Assembly (NCBI RefSeq): GCF_009914755.1
Contig: NC_060926.1
Direction: 5' to 3' (one strand)
Source of the DNA: the human T2T-CHM13v2.0 reference genome, Homo sapiens
DNA length: 64,000 nt
The first letter of the stretch is position 1; every line of letters starts with the position of its first letter. Positions 1 to 15,134 of this stretch are shown here, one piece after another. A model generated the notes under the pieces. That model worked only from the letters and a program-made list of their open reading frames with translations. It had not been told where the DNA came from and ran no database searches. A program made the translations under genes and the position numbers.

Positions 1-138
1 TGCAACTGGGACTTGCAACCTGAGCCTGGTCCCTTCAGTGTCCATTTGACCCCCACCCCCATCCCCGGGGAATGCACACTGCACCCGGCACCCGTCTCTG
101 CCTTGCCTGGGTTAGTTTAAGGGACTTCATTTCCCTGT

Positions 139-233
139 GCTGCCATAGCAACCAGGAAACAACCTCCGCTCAGACAAGAAGGATGGTGCTGTGGCCGAGA
201 TCTGTAGATGCACACGGCTGGTAACAGAGCAAC
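139..233. promoter_or_regulatory. Promoter-proximal RFX X-box motifs upstream of KIAA2012
   Basis: GCTGCC-AT-AGCAAC (139-152) has one mismatch to GTNRCN(0-3)RGYAAC. GTAACA-G-AGCAAC (221-233) is a full match. Both lie 310-400 nt upstream of the first ATG. Confidence 0.6.
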
Positions 234-475
234 CGGGACCAAGGGACAACAAGAGCTCAGGAGAAGGGGAGAGACAGGTCGCCCAGAGAGTAGACAATCC
301 AGGGCTTGAGGAGGCTGGCTGTGCGGTTTATTTTTTCTCTCCACAAAGACACACACTGTCTAAACTGTGTGGCTGGTTGTTACTAAGAAGCTGCTGCGAG
401 AGGGAAAAATGTATTTAATAAAAGGCCCTGTGTTTGTGGTCTTCTTGGGCTTGCTGTGAGCTCTGGAAATCTTGA

Positions 476-700
<225 letters not shown>

Positions 701-1759
701 TAAACCATGTGTGTCTTGGTTTGTGTTGTTAGTGAGGTGGCGGGGTCACTGGAAGATCTTCCTTCCTCCTTCATGAAACTCAAGAAAATAACATCATTTT
801 CCTGACACACCGAGATTGCCCCTGAGGCCCTCATCTTTCCCCTTGTAGCTGTCTTTGCTTGGACCAAAGGAGATTCCAGATTGTCTGGAATTTGGATGGT
901 TTGGTGCAAGACCAGAATTTCCACCTGGGTTCTAGGCAAACTGATGGTTGTTTGGTTTTTGGAAGTCGTGCTCTGCAGTTGAAATGCTGTGTGTGTTCAT
1001 GCCATTTCAATGGCTTCCTTGAACTTTCTGGAATTCAACCCACAGGACTCATATTTAATATAGGCCAAAAAAAAACCCACCTCATTTTAGAAGATTTTAA
1101 AGAGGTGGCAAAATTCCCTTGTTATACTAGATTTTTATTTCACTTGAATCCTGCCAGGGATAAGAAACCTATTGGGGATACTTTGCAAATTTGGGGGTCA
1201 TACAGAGATTTCCATTGTCATGGTACTTTGTCATGATATTTGACCTTTGCTGTGTTAAACGGCATATAAAGTTTCAAAGGACCTGTATGGCCAATGGCAT
1301 TTTCTTACCTACAAGATATGTAACTGCTTTATAGGCCCCTAAATAGCCAAATTAGGTAATGTTACATAGCATCTGGAATGTATAGAAATTCTCCCCACGT
1401 ACAGCTGAAGTGGTGGTGGCTTGGAATGCTCCTATTTAAACTGCCAGCTAGTCCAGGTCTAATTTCAAAGTTATCTGCTGCCCTTAATAATTCTGACCAC
1501 TTACTTGCATACCAGGAAACTTTAACTGGCCTGTAACCTACATACAAGCTGAGTTAATCCTCCAGCCATACATGACTCTCCTGAAAGTTGTATGGGGTGA
1601 AATAGAACCATGCCCTGGGTTCTACTAATTTTGAAATGTGGAGAGAAAAGGCAGTTGCTAAGAAGAGCAATTGTGTTCCATAACACCATGTGAACAGTTC
1701 AGAGAAAATCAGTAACTAAAAAAATGCCGAAGGCTTTGCACAAGCAGTATTTGCTATAG

Positions 1760-2131
<372 letters not shown>

Positions 2132-3499
2132 TAGCATGTCTAGAAACCCAGTTGCAGCTTTGGGAATAATTTCTTGGACCCGGGGAAGGTATGAAACTCT
2201 CAGAACTCTATTTCTTCATCTCTAAAATGAGATTGACTGTACTCTTAGCCCTATCTGCTGCACACCATTGTCACAAAGCTTAAATGAGATAACGTATGTG
2301 AAAGGGATCTGAAAACCATAAAGGGCTACATTATCATCATTTTATGTTTTCCTTTCAGTTAGAGTAACACAAAGTCCTTTTCAGCATTCAGACAGATTCA
2401 GGCCAGCAGACGTTTCATCAGGATCCTTGAAATCCTGTCTCATAGCCACAAGCATCATCATCCCACCTCTGATGTTCTTGGCTCTGTGGAAATGAGAGGG
2501 AGAACATTTTAAATATTTACCTTGAGCCCTTCAGCGTCTGCAGGATAAGTTAATGACTTTTTCCATCCTGAATACAATATTAAGGGAAAACACCTGTGTT
2601 CATTTTTCTGATTCATACTTCCTAATGTCTTGTGAGATGTGCATCTGGCCCCTGCTTTATATAATTGCATGCATCAGCCCTTTGGCTGAGGCCATAAGAT
2701 AGTCTGGGAAGATGTGTCACTTTATAAAATTCTAGGTTAGAAATGGTGGGTGACTCCCTAATTTAAAAGTGTTTACTGACTTTTCATTCCCCACAAAATA
2801 AAGTCATTAGCTTCTTCTATCAGGCCTTTCACACATTGGCTTTTCTGCTCCATGTCTAGCCACATTTCCCACCTGTTCCTGTACCACTTCCATCATGGAC
2901 GCCATAAGGCCCCACCCATGTGATTAGCTCATCATTCCCCAACACCTGTGCCCTTTCATGACTCTCCATTTTTGCACACACCTCTACAGCTGGCAAGCTC
3001 CCACCCATCCTTCAAAACACAACTTAAATACCATCCCCTCACTGAAGCCTTCTCCCACTTGCCTAGGCAGAGATAGCTCATGCCTCCCTCCTCTGCAAAC
3101 ATTCCCATACCGTCATGCACTGAAATTTATTTCTTTGACTGTCATTCCTGATGGATTAACATCTCTTCCAATATGGGGACCATGTCTAAATCATTTCCAG
3201 AAAGAGTACCCACAAATGTTTGTGGAATTAATGACTTGGTCATGCATGATATTTTCAATGTTTCTTAGATCATCTCCCAGAATCATTGTTGGACAATTTA
3301 TCACCTACCCCCATGCCAGGCAGAGCTTCCAAAAGAAAAGACTCCTCTGCCCTCTTTTCATCTTTCAAAATAGAGAAGCTTGATGATCCTGACTGAATGC
3401 CCAATGCTCTTTAACTTAAAAATAATAAATTCTTGAATAAAAGAAAACCAATTGTTGAATGCTATAATGTTGCATTATAGCTAAATATTATTTTATTTA

Positions 3500-3660
3500 A
3501 TCCTTACAAAGACCCTGTGCGATATAGTTTTTCTTGCCTCCTTGTATAGATGAGGAAACCAAAGCTCAGGGTAGATAAGTGATTTGCCCAAGGCCAGAGA
3601 GCTACTAAATGACAAGGCCAGAATTCAAATCCAGGACTGCCTACCTCACCAGGGCCTGCA
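3500..3660 (+). mobile_element. MIR remnant
   Basis: Core resembling 'agatgaggaaaccaaagctcagg...aagtgatttgcccaagg...agaattcaaatccagg'. Orientation and bounds approximate. Confidence 0.6.
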
Positions 3661-3689
3661 TACTTTGCACTCTGCCCTGTTGTTTGTGG

Positions 3690-4212
3690 ACTCGAAGGGA
3701 CTCCAGTGGTCCACTGGTCATTGTGCTGGTCATGGCCTGTTTGTCTCAGATTCCCTCTGTTCCCTTCCCCTGCTCTGCTCTGCATCACAGGCAGGTTGAC
3801 CACAGGCTATATACAATTCTGCAAACATCTGTGTCCACTGGCTTCTAGTTGAATTTGCCAATGGGAGACGCTGGAAAGAGATTGGAGAGGGAGAAGAAGA
3901 GGAAGACCACAGTATTTCTCCCTTCCCACTCTGCCTCAAGTGAAAAGAAGCATCTGCATTACCTCTGTGATACAGCTCTCAACAGACAGGCCCACTATGA
4001 CCCCCAGCTCCTCCAGGTGACCCCACCAGCTCCTCCCTCTGTCCTTCTAGCGTAAGTGTGGTGCTGGCTTCCTGATGTTACTGATCTCAATGTTGCCCCC
4101 CCAGCTGTTTGGCTTCTGAGGTCTCCAATCACCTGTACAACCAATTCCCTAAATCAAATTCCTTCTGTGTTTACTTAGTTTCTATTTTCCTGGTTGGACA
4201 CTGAGTGATATA
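3690..4212 (+). mobile_element. Old ERVL-type solo LTR (LTR33-like)
   Basis: Motifs 'ccaatgggagacgctggaaagagattggag' and 3' end 'aaattccttctg...tttctattttcctg...ctgagtgata'; recognised by eye. Confidence 0.45.
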
Positions 4213-4607
4213 TAGGCTAACTCACTGCCCAGAGTAAGAATACCTTCCATCGTCTTCAGATGCTTGTCTATAAGGCTAAATACTTCAGGTAACAGAGATC
4301 TTAATAGTTTATAAAGTAGATAAGTCAGTTTGGGGTGAGTTTCATTTTTGGTTATATTTGGGCTCAATGAAAAAAAGAAGTTGCTATCTTCCTGTGGCAT
4401 CCATCTTCTAAATTTATAGCTCATATCTGTACAAAACAGAATATGTAGTCTAACTCCACATGAGTAGAGGGAAATGGTGTGAAGAAATTAGAGAAAAGAA
4501 AACGTATGGAAGAGTACAGGGCTGGAGTTTAAGATTAACGGACATAGTAGATTAAAAGAGGAGGAGAAGCAACTCAAAAGGGACTTCGAATTAAAGAAAA
4601 TGAACAC

Positions 4608-4740
4608 ACTGGGCTCAGTGCCTCACACCTGTAATCCAGCACTTTGGGAAACAGAGGCAGGAGAATTGCTTGAGCCCAGGAGTTCAAGACCAGCCTGGGC
4701 AACATAATGAGACCCTGTTTCTATCAAAATAAAAATAATA
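4608..4740 (+). mobile_element. Alu left monomer (FLAM-like)
   Basis: Single Alu arm followed by an A-rich tail. Confidence 0.85.
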
Positions 4741-4829
4741 CAAATTATTTAAAAAGAAAAGAAAAGGAAAGGAACACCTCAGAAGCTTCGGAAAATAGAG
4801 TACCATCTGACTATGAAAACAACAGCCTG

Positions 4830-5548
<719 letters not shown>

Positions 5549-5799
5549 TAATAAAAATACCAGTGTTCATTAACTTTTTTTGAGTAGTTGTGTTATTTTT
5601 GCCACTATTCTAAGTGCTTTCCAAGTATAATTCATTTATGCTTTCTAATAATCCTGGGCATAAGTACTATTATTATCCACTTTAAAGGTGAGGAAATAGA
5701 AGCACAGAGAATTCGAGTGACTCACTCAAAGTTATACAGCCAAGTAAATCACTGCACCAGAATGTGAGACTAGGCCACATAGAAAACATCACCTCTCTA

Positions 5800-6016
<217 letters not shown>

Positions 6017-7315
6017 TACATTTCTTTTTACCAAATATATTTTTTAAACTACGGGATTTTACAAATAAAATAAAAATCTATAGCTTTGAAAGAGGTAGAC
6101 AGTTGACCCTGGAAATCAAGGTGAGAGGCTTCGGGGAGGAAAATGGAATGGCAAACAGTGCTGCAAGTTGAGTCCACCAATAACCACACCATCTGTCCAT
6201 TAGGGTGAGTATTTCTTTGTCCAAATAGGATAGTTCAAGAGTTTAAAACACTACACTCAAAGTCAAAGAGCCAAAGTGAGGATGGAAAAAGGGGTAGAGT
6301 AATAGTGCTGCTCACGGAAGGATCTGTTCTTGGCTGGACTGTGAATCAAGAAACCTGCATGACTCAGGCCCCACCCAGACCTGTAAGAATACAGGCTGTC
6401 GCAGAAAGGTGCAAGTCAAGGTTTAAAGCATCTCACAACACCTCCAACTCCCTGGATCTGACAGCACACATGTGGCAACCCGTCTGGAGTTTATAGCTCA
6501 GCATACATCCACCCTTGAACTTTCTTGATGGCCCAACTCCTTACGGGTAAAGATAAATGTTAAGTCAAGAAATCAGAGGTCAGCATTCTTAGACTTCTGG
6601 ATACACACAAATATGTCGCTTGGTTGGTTTTTTGTTGTTGTTGTTTTTTAACAGAAGGAAATCTTGTTTAGCATTTCCAAAGTTGAAACCATTCTTCTTG
6701 AGGCCTTTAATTTATTCAGCTTCCCATTATTGAGACATCAAATAGCTATAAAACCTAAGTAATCATAATTTGGGGTGGGATAAATACAAACAATGTGACA
6801 TTGATTAAATAATGTATTTAAGATAATGTGTTTTAAAATTCAGTTCACAGGGCATTTTACCTGTATAACCTCATTCAATCTGCACAAGCCTAAGAGCTAG
6901 GTGCTAGCATTACCTCCGTTTTATAGGAAGGAAGCCTGGGGCTTGACATTAACTAATTTGCTCAAAATTACAAACCTAAGTGGTGAAGCTAGAATTGGAG
7001 ACCAACAACGGATTCCAAAGCCCCACGTTTAACCCCTAGATGGCTTGATTTTGAAAACTCCACATTCCCCAGAGAAAAAGAAGCATCTCCCCAGCTTTAA
7101 CAGTATGTTTAAAAAGTGGATCTGAGTCTTTCAACACATCCATTAAGCTAACCCTTTGTAATTCTAGGAAAGCAAATCAGATTTTTATTAAAATTAATTT
7201 GGATGATAAGTAGCATTTCTATAATAAGCTATATATATGATCCAATACACTCCTGTTTCTCTAGGTTTTATGTACTTCATTCATTTGTTCCCTTGTATAA
7301 CGAATAGAATATTTA

Positions 7316-7711
<396 letters not shown>

Positions 7712-8331
7712 TCACAACAGGTTAATAAGGTAGGTGCCTTTTTTATTGTAGCAAAATATATATAACATGAAATTTACCATTTTAACCATTTTAGATGTAC
7801 AGTTTGCTGGCAGTAAGTATATTCACATCGTTGTACAATCATTACCGTCATCCATTTCCAGGAGTTTTGTCATTTTGCTAAACTGAACTCCATGTCCATG
7901 AAACAGTAACTCCCCATTTCCCTCTGCCACCAGCCCCTGCAACCATATTTCTGCTGTCTCTGTGAATTTGACTATTCTGAGAACTTCATATAAGTGAAAG
8001 CATACAGTTGTATCCTTTGCGGCTAACTTGTTTCACTTAGCATAATGTCTTCACTCATTAGAAGAATGAATTCATGTTGTAGCATGTATCCGAATTTCCT
8101 TCTTTTGCAAAGCTGAGTAATAGTCCTTTGTATGTATACACCACATCTTGTTTTTCCATTCTTCCATCAACAGACACTTAAGTTGCTTCCACATTTTGGC
8201 TGTTGTGAACAATGCCCTATAAACATGGATGTACAAATATCTGTTCATGTCCTTGTTTTCAATTATTTTGTGTATATACCCAGAAGTGGAATTGTTTGGA
8301 TTATATAGTAATTCTATTTTTAATTCTTTGA

Positions 8332-8761
<430 letters not shown>

Positions 8762-8789
8762 TTAAACACTTTTATTTGATAATAACCAG

Positions 8790-8903
8790 ATCCTTTTGTA
8801 GTTCATAAGCATGATGATTGGGTGTTCACATGCATGTGTGAATGTGCCACCCTCTGAACCTCGTTACAACATCAACACATTACCTGTCTGACCTGAAAAA
8901 AAA
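8790..8903 (+). pseudogene. U13 (SNORD13) snoRNA retrocopy with short A tail
   Basis: ATCCTTTTGTAGTTCAT..ATGATGATTGGGTGTTCA...GTGCCACCC..TGAACCT.GTTAC.AC...CACATTACC.GTCTGACC follows the U13 sequence end to end. Box C at 8811-8817, box D at 8888-8891, then tgA8. Confidence 0.9.
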
Positions 8904-9055
8904 TTTCTTTTATTTTATAATAGCCATTCTAGTGGGTGTCAAGTGGAATCTCATTGTGGGTTTGATTTGCATTTACCTAGTGATAAATGACATTGAGCAT
9001 CTTTTTATGTGCGTGTTGACCATTTGTATATCTTTTCTAAAGAAATATCTATTCA

Positions 9056-9537
<482 letters not shown>

Positions 9538-12128
9538 TTATGAAGTCCAACTTATCTATTTTTTTCTTTTTTGCCTGTTCTTTTGATATCATATTCAAAA
9601 ACTCATTGCCAAACTCAATGTCATGAAGCTTTTCCCCTATGGTTGTAAACTCTAGGGGAAAACTTAGTTCTAAGAGTTTTACAGTTTTAGTTCTTATGTT
9701 TAGGTTTTTGCTCCATTTTGAATTAACTTTTGTAAATGGTGTACGGTAAGAGTCCAATTTCATTTTTTTTTTTTTTGCATGTAAAGTATGTACTTTTGTC
9801 ATCCTTATTTGACAGATAAAGAAACTGAGGCACAGGTGAATCAAATAATTTCCCTAAGGTCACACAGCTAGTGAGTCATCAAGACAGGATTACAAATCCA
9901 GGCAGATTGAGCTCTCGTAGGACCTGAAGCCTAATTTTTGCTGCTAGCAATCCTAGTTGTACCTTTACATTTATGACATATGGCTGGTCAAATCTTTGAT
10001 GCTGAATGGTTTGGTCAGGGATCAAGCCTTGTTACAACACTGCATTAATGAGAACATTCAGACCACTTCACGACTTTCTTCTTTATGGCCTTGTATCCAG
10101 GAACATATGCTCACCAAAGATAGATAGGAGAGAGAGTTATCATTTGCACAGAATCCCAAAAATTAAACCTGCAGAGAAAGGGCTGGCTGAGAGCAGCAGT
10201 GTTTGCATGAGGCTGATCAAAGTCACGCTGGGGATGGAGGATGCTTTCCAGGCACAGCTGCAAGTGGCTTCTCTCCTCTCCCTCCCACCCTGCCCCCACC
10301 TCTACTCCAGTTGCACTCACCTGGCAGCCCCAAGGCTGGCTCCAGTCACACATGCACAGGTGCAACGACAATGATCAGTCACCGTGTTCTAAGATTTGGC
10401 CTTTGCCAGAGAACACTGACTCCGGCAAGACAGACTGAGGGCTAGGAGATGCCAGCTGTGCCCCTCCTGAGAGAAGGACTTCTGGCTGGAGCAGGCAGCT
10501 CACAGCACAGGTGGTCAGCAGTAAAATGCAGACATTATTGGGTTTTTCCATTCAATCGAGCCAACGTCTGAGTAGTTAGGAAATGCCCTGGGCCTAAAAC
10601 AGTGCCTGACACATAGCAGATGCTCAACAAATTGTTTAATGACGTATTGGTTACAAGGATGTGGCCAGGGGGGCGGGGGGGCTGTAACCTCTACCCAACA
10701 GGAGTGCACAATCTGGTGAAAGAGGCGGATTTGTGCCCCAGTGACATTTTGATACAAGGCTGTCCATAAGAGAGTGAGATTATGATTTCCTAATAAAGAA
10801 GGCAGAGAGTGTGACTGCTTCTTACTGGGAAAAATCTAGAGTGGCTTCTTGGAGAAGGTAGAATTTGAGCTGAGTCTTGTAAAGATAAGTAGGGTGAGAC
10901 CTTCCAGGCTTAGGTGAGCAGAGGCCTCTAGGGGAGAAGGTGCAGGGGAGGGGAAGTCAGGGTCACTAGCCAGGCTCCCTGCTGGAAATATACCTGGGGA
11001 AGTGGGTGGAGCCAAATTGTGGAGGGCTGTGCCTGCCAGTTCTGGGATTTGGGGGTTTCTCTCTTCACGCTTCTGCTGAGTCCTGCACACAAACGCTGGG
11101 CCACCGTCTGCGGTATGATGGCAGCTGGCTACCTAGGGATTTGTTGCCTTCCTGGGGACTCTGGCTCCCTGCCACCCCATATCTGCTGGGCAGGAGCACA
11201 AGCCCTACCGTCTCCTTCTATCCTCTGAAAACCTTCAGTGGCCAGCACTAGAGCAGGTGGACAAGACAGCCAGTGCGGGGGAAGGGACAGTTACACAGGA
11301 GTCCCCTTCATGCCTCTGCATTCAGAGACCTCATATGCATCAGGAAGGCAACTGGCCAGAGCAAGTCCCTCGTTAAAGGAAGCACTCATGGTGGAATGTG
11401 GATAATAGGCCACCCCGTGCACACTAATTACTCATTGCAGAAGAAACCCGAAGCTGGGATTGATTGGCAAAGCCGAGGCAGGCCTGAACAGTCTGAAACC
11501 ATCCATAGCCAGCCTCCTGCTGTCATGTTTATTTTCCTGTTCCAGAAACTCCCTCCCTGGCTCCCTTCTGTCTCCTTTTATATTTTAGAGTGACTTTTGA
11601 GTGGGTGGTTAGGTCTAGGATAACTTTAGGGAAGAACTAAGGAAATATGCATGAGAAGAGGGTGGGTGCCAGAAAATTAGTTAATTTTTAACATGTTTTC
11701 TATTTAGAAATATAATCTATATCACTGAAAACTTGATTTTATTTTTTTAAAAAAAAGAGAGAGAAGAAAGAACTATTTGTAATCTTATGCCCAGCACCCT
11801 AATACTCCCATTATTAGCTTTTTCATCTATTTTCTTCCAGTCTTTCCATCATGACTATATACAGGATATGCTTGTATGAGGTTGTAATTATACTATACAT
11901 GCTTTCTTATATTTTGTTGTTTTCCACTGAAAATATTCTTCAACAGGTTGGAAGTGAGTAAGTAGATTTCACCCTGACTGGTATCCTCGGTTAGCCCTAA
12001 GCAGGCCTTGGGCATCCCTCAGTGCTTCAGTTTATCCAATGAGATGGGACATTATTAACCAACTTCATGGGCATAATTTGAGAAGTTATTAAAAGAAACC
12101 AGGAAACTAGAAAAAAACTTAAAGAGAA

Positions 12129-12640
12129 TGTGGTAGACAGGATGTCCTGCCAAAGATATCTATGTCCTAATCCCTGGGACCTGAGAGGTTACAGGGCAAA
12201 GGGAAATCAAGGTTGCCGATGGAATTAAGGTTATCATCAATAGATGGCCTCGAAATGGGGATATTATCTTGGATGATCCAGGTGGGCCCAAGGTAAGCAC
12301 AAGAGTCCTTAAAAGCAGAAGAAGGAATCAGAAGGAAGATCAGAGAGAGGGCAGCCTGAGAAGGACTCAGCTTAAGGTTGCTGGCTTTGAAGATGGAGGA
12401 AAGGGCCACAAGCCAAGGAATGAAGGTGGGGGTGACCTCTAGAAGCTGGAAAAGGCAGGGAAACAGATTCTTCCCTAGAGCCTATAGAAGGAACTCAGGC
12501 CTGTCAGCACCTTGATTTTAGCCAGTGAGATCCATTTTGAACTTCTAACCTCCAGAACAGTATGAGAATAATACATTTATGTTGTTTAAACCACTAAATG
12601 TATGGTAATTTGTTAACAGCAGCAATAGGAAATGAATACA
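12129..12640 (+). mobile_element. MaLR solo LTR (MLT1 family, MLT1D-like)
   Basis: TG...CA termini: starts 'tgtggtagacagga...gtcctaatccc' and ends 'agcagcaataggaaatgaataca'. Confidence 0.85.
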
Positions 12641-12798
12641 CCAAGATCAGCTTCCAAATCCTAAGCAAAAATATATGTAAATACTCTAAATTCCAGGTCT
12701 AGGATTCCCTAACTCTTCTTGGCAACTCCCTGCACCATGGTGCAAGCTTCTCAGTAAAGCTTCAGAACCAAGCTGGTGCTTCAGAAATGCCCACTAAT

Positions 12799-13128
<330 letters not shown>

Positions 13129-13929
13129 CTAATGAGAACCTGCAAGGGTTCCTGTCCAGACTCAAACAGCACATCTTGCCATCCGCACAGGGGCCACAGC
13201 ATCTTGGAAGAGGCTGGTCCTTACTGCATTCAGAGGAAAGTCAGTCAAAGCAAAGATTCACAGAAAAGAAATGAGGTTGCAATTCACCCAGAAAAGGCCT
13301 CTCGTCTAAAGGCTCCATATTTCAGGGCCCAACACAGTGCCTGGAATATAAAAAGTACCCAACAAATATTTATCATATGACTGAGTGAAAAAATGCAGTG
13401 AGTGAAAGTGTCATTTAGCTTCCACCATCCTCTCTATAATTCTTTCTTTCACGTCCTCTGGGAAAAGCCTCAAGACCACATGAGACTGAATTTCTAGGCT
13501 GTTTTTGCACTTGAAGTACCTGCCACATAAACTTTCCAGACATCAAGGAGCAGGTGATGCTGTATGTTTGAATTCTAAGCATTCGTTTAATTCATAAGTC
13601 CCCAAGGAGTAAAGCCAATTGAATAGTAAGCCATGTTTTCTTTTATCTTGAACCTTGAACCCATGCACTCTGGCCCTAAATCTAGAGCGCTTTCCCAGGC
13701 TTTCTCACAAGCTGTCTCCTTCCCACTCTGCTGCTTGTGCATTTTGGGCTCACTTGATGTGATTTTATTAGTTATCAATCCATCTTGATCATCCCCTTTT
13801 TTCCAGTGCTTGTTTCCCATCCCTCCAATCCGTAGCAGCTTTAAATCTGTTGCTCCCATATTATATCCACGTATCAGAAATACTTTTGGCTGCAAGCAAC
13901 ACAGTTCATGATTACCAATGGTTGAAGTT

Positions 13930-14463
13930 GGGGAATCAGCAAACACTGCTCACTGGTCAAATCCTGCCCAATACTTGTTTGTGTAAATAGAGTTTTATTG
14001 GAACACAACCATGACCATTTGTTTACATATTGCCTATGGATGCTTTTGCACTACAAGGACAGGTTGAGTGGTGGCAACAGAGACCATATGGCCTGCAAAG
14101 CCTAAAATATTTACTGTCTGACCCTTTATAAAAAACCTTCCAGGCTGGGCATGGTGACTCACGCCTGGAGTCCCATGCACTTTGGGAAGCTGATACAGGT
14201 GGATAACTTAAAGTCAGGAGTTCAAGACCAGCCTGGCCAACATGGTGAAACCCTGTCTCTACAAAAAATACAAAAATTAGCCAGGCATTGTGGCACATGC
14301 CTGTAATCCCAACTACTCTGGAGGCTGAGGCAGGAGAATCGTTTGAACCCAGGAGGCAGAGATTGTAGTGAACCAAGTTAGTGCCACTGCACTCCAGCCT
14401 GGTTGACAAAGCGAAACCGTCTCAAAAAAAAAAAAAAAAAAAAAAAAAGGCTGCTAACCCCTG
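13930..14463. mobile_element. MER58A-like hAT MITE interrupted by an Alu, inside an old MLT1-like LTR
   Basis: 'gtaaatagagttttattggaacaca...gagaccatatggcctgcaaagcctaaaatatttact...' resumes as 'tgctaacccctg' after the Alu. Confidence 0.8.
14143..14448 (+). mobile_element. Alu (AluS)
   Basis: Full dimer with a long A tail. Confidence 0.93.
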
Positions 14464-14839
14464 ATTTAGGCAATAAAGAGATTTAATTATCTCAAGTAAC
14501 ACAAAGTGGAGGGGCAGGAGTTTCATGCTTGCCCAGCTGCTTGCCAATGCCATTAAGGACTCAAGCGCTATCTTTTCCTTCCACCATCCTTTGAATGTTG
14601 GTTTTTCTTATTAGGCTTGTTAGTGCATGTTCACAAGATGGTCCCATACTTTCAGAGGTCACATCTGGGTTCAAAGCAGAAGAAAGGGGCCAGCAAGCAA
14701 TCCTTGCACAGCTGTTCCTTCTCTAAAGAAACAAAGACCTTCCAGAGGCTCCCAGTAGTTTCACCTTAGTTTCATTGACCAGAGCTAGGTCCCTTGGCCA
14801 TTCTGAGATGCAACGGAGTCTGGGAAAGCAAGGCCCTCC

Positions 14840-15134
14840 ATGTCTTCACTTTCCTGGATTCAACCAACCAGGGATGGAGAATATTCAGGAAAAAAAATAA
14901 CAATCCAAACCAAAAAAAAAAAAAAGTATAACAACTATTTATACCGCATTTACATTGTATTCAGTATTATAAGTTGCTAGAAACAATGTAAAGTATAGGG
15001 AGGATGCATATGGGCTATACTGTACAAATATTACTACCACCATTTTATAATATATAAGGGACTTGAGCATACACAGATTTTAATATCCACAGAGGTCCTG
15101 GAACCAATTCCCCACAGATAACGAGGGATGACTA
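14840..15134. mobile_element. MER2/Tigger-type DNA transposon remnant
   Basis: 'acaactatttata..gcatttacattgtatt..gtattataag' and the end 'gtcctggaaccaattccccacagataacgagggatgact'. Confidence 0.75.
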
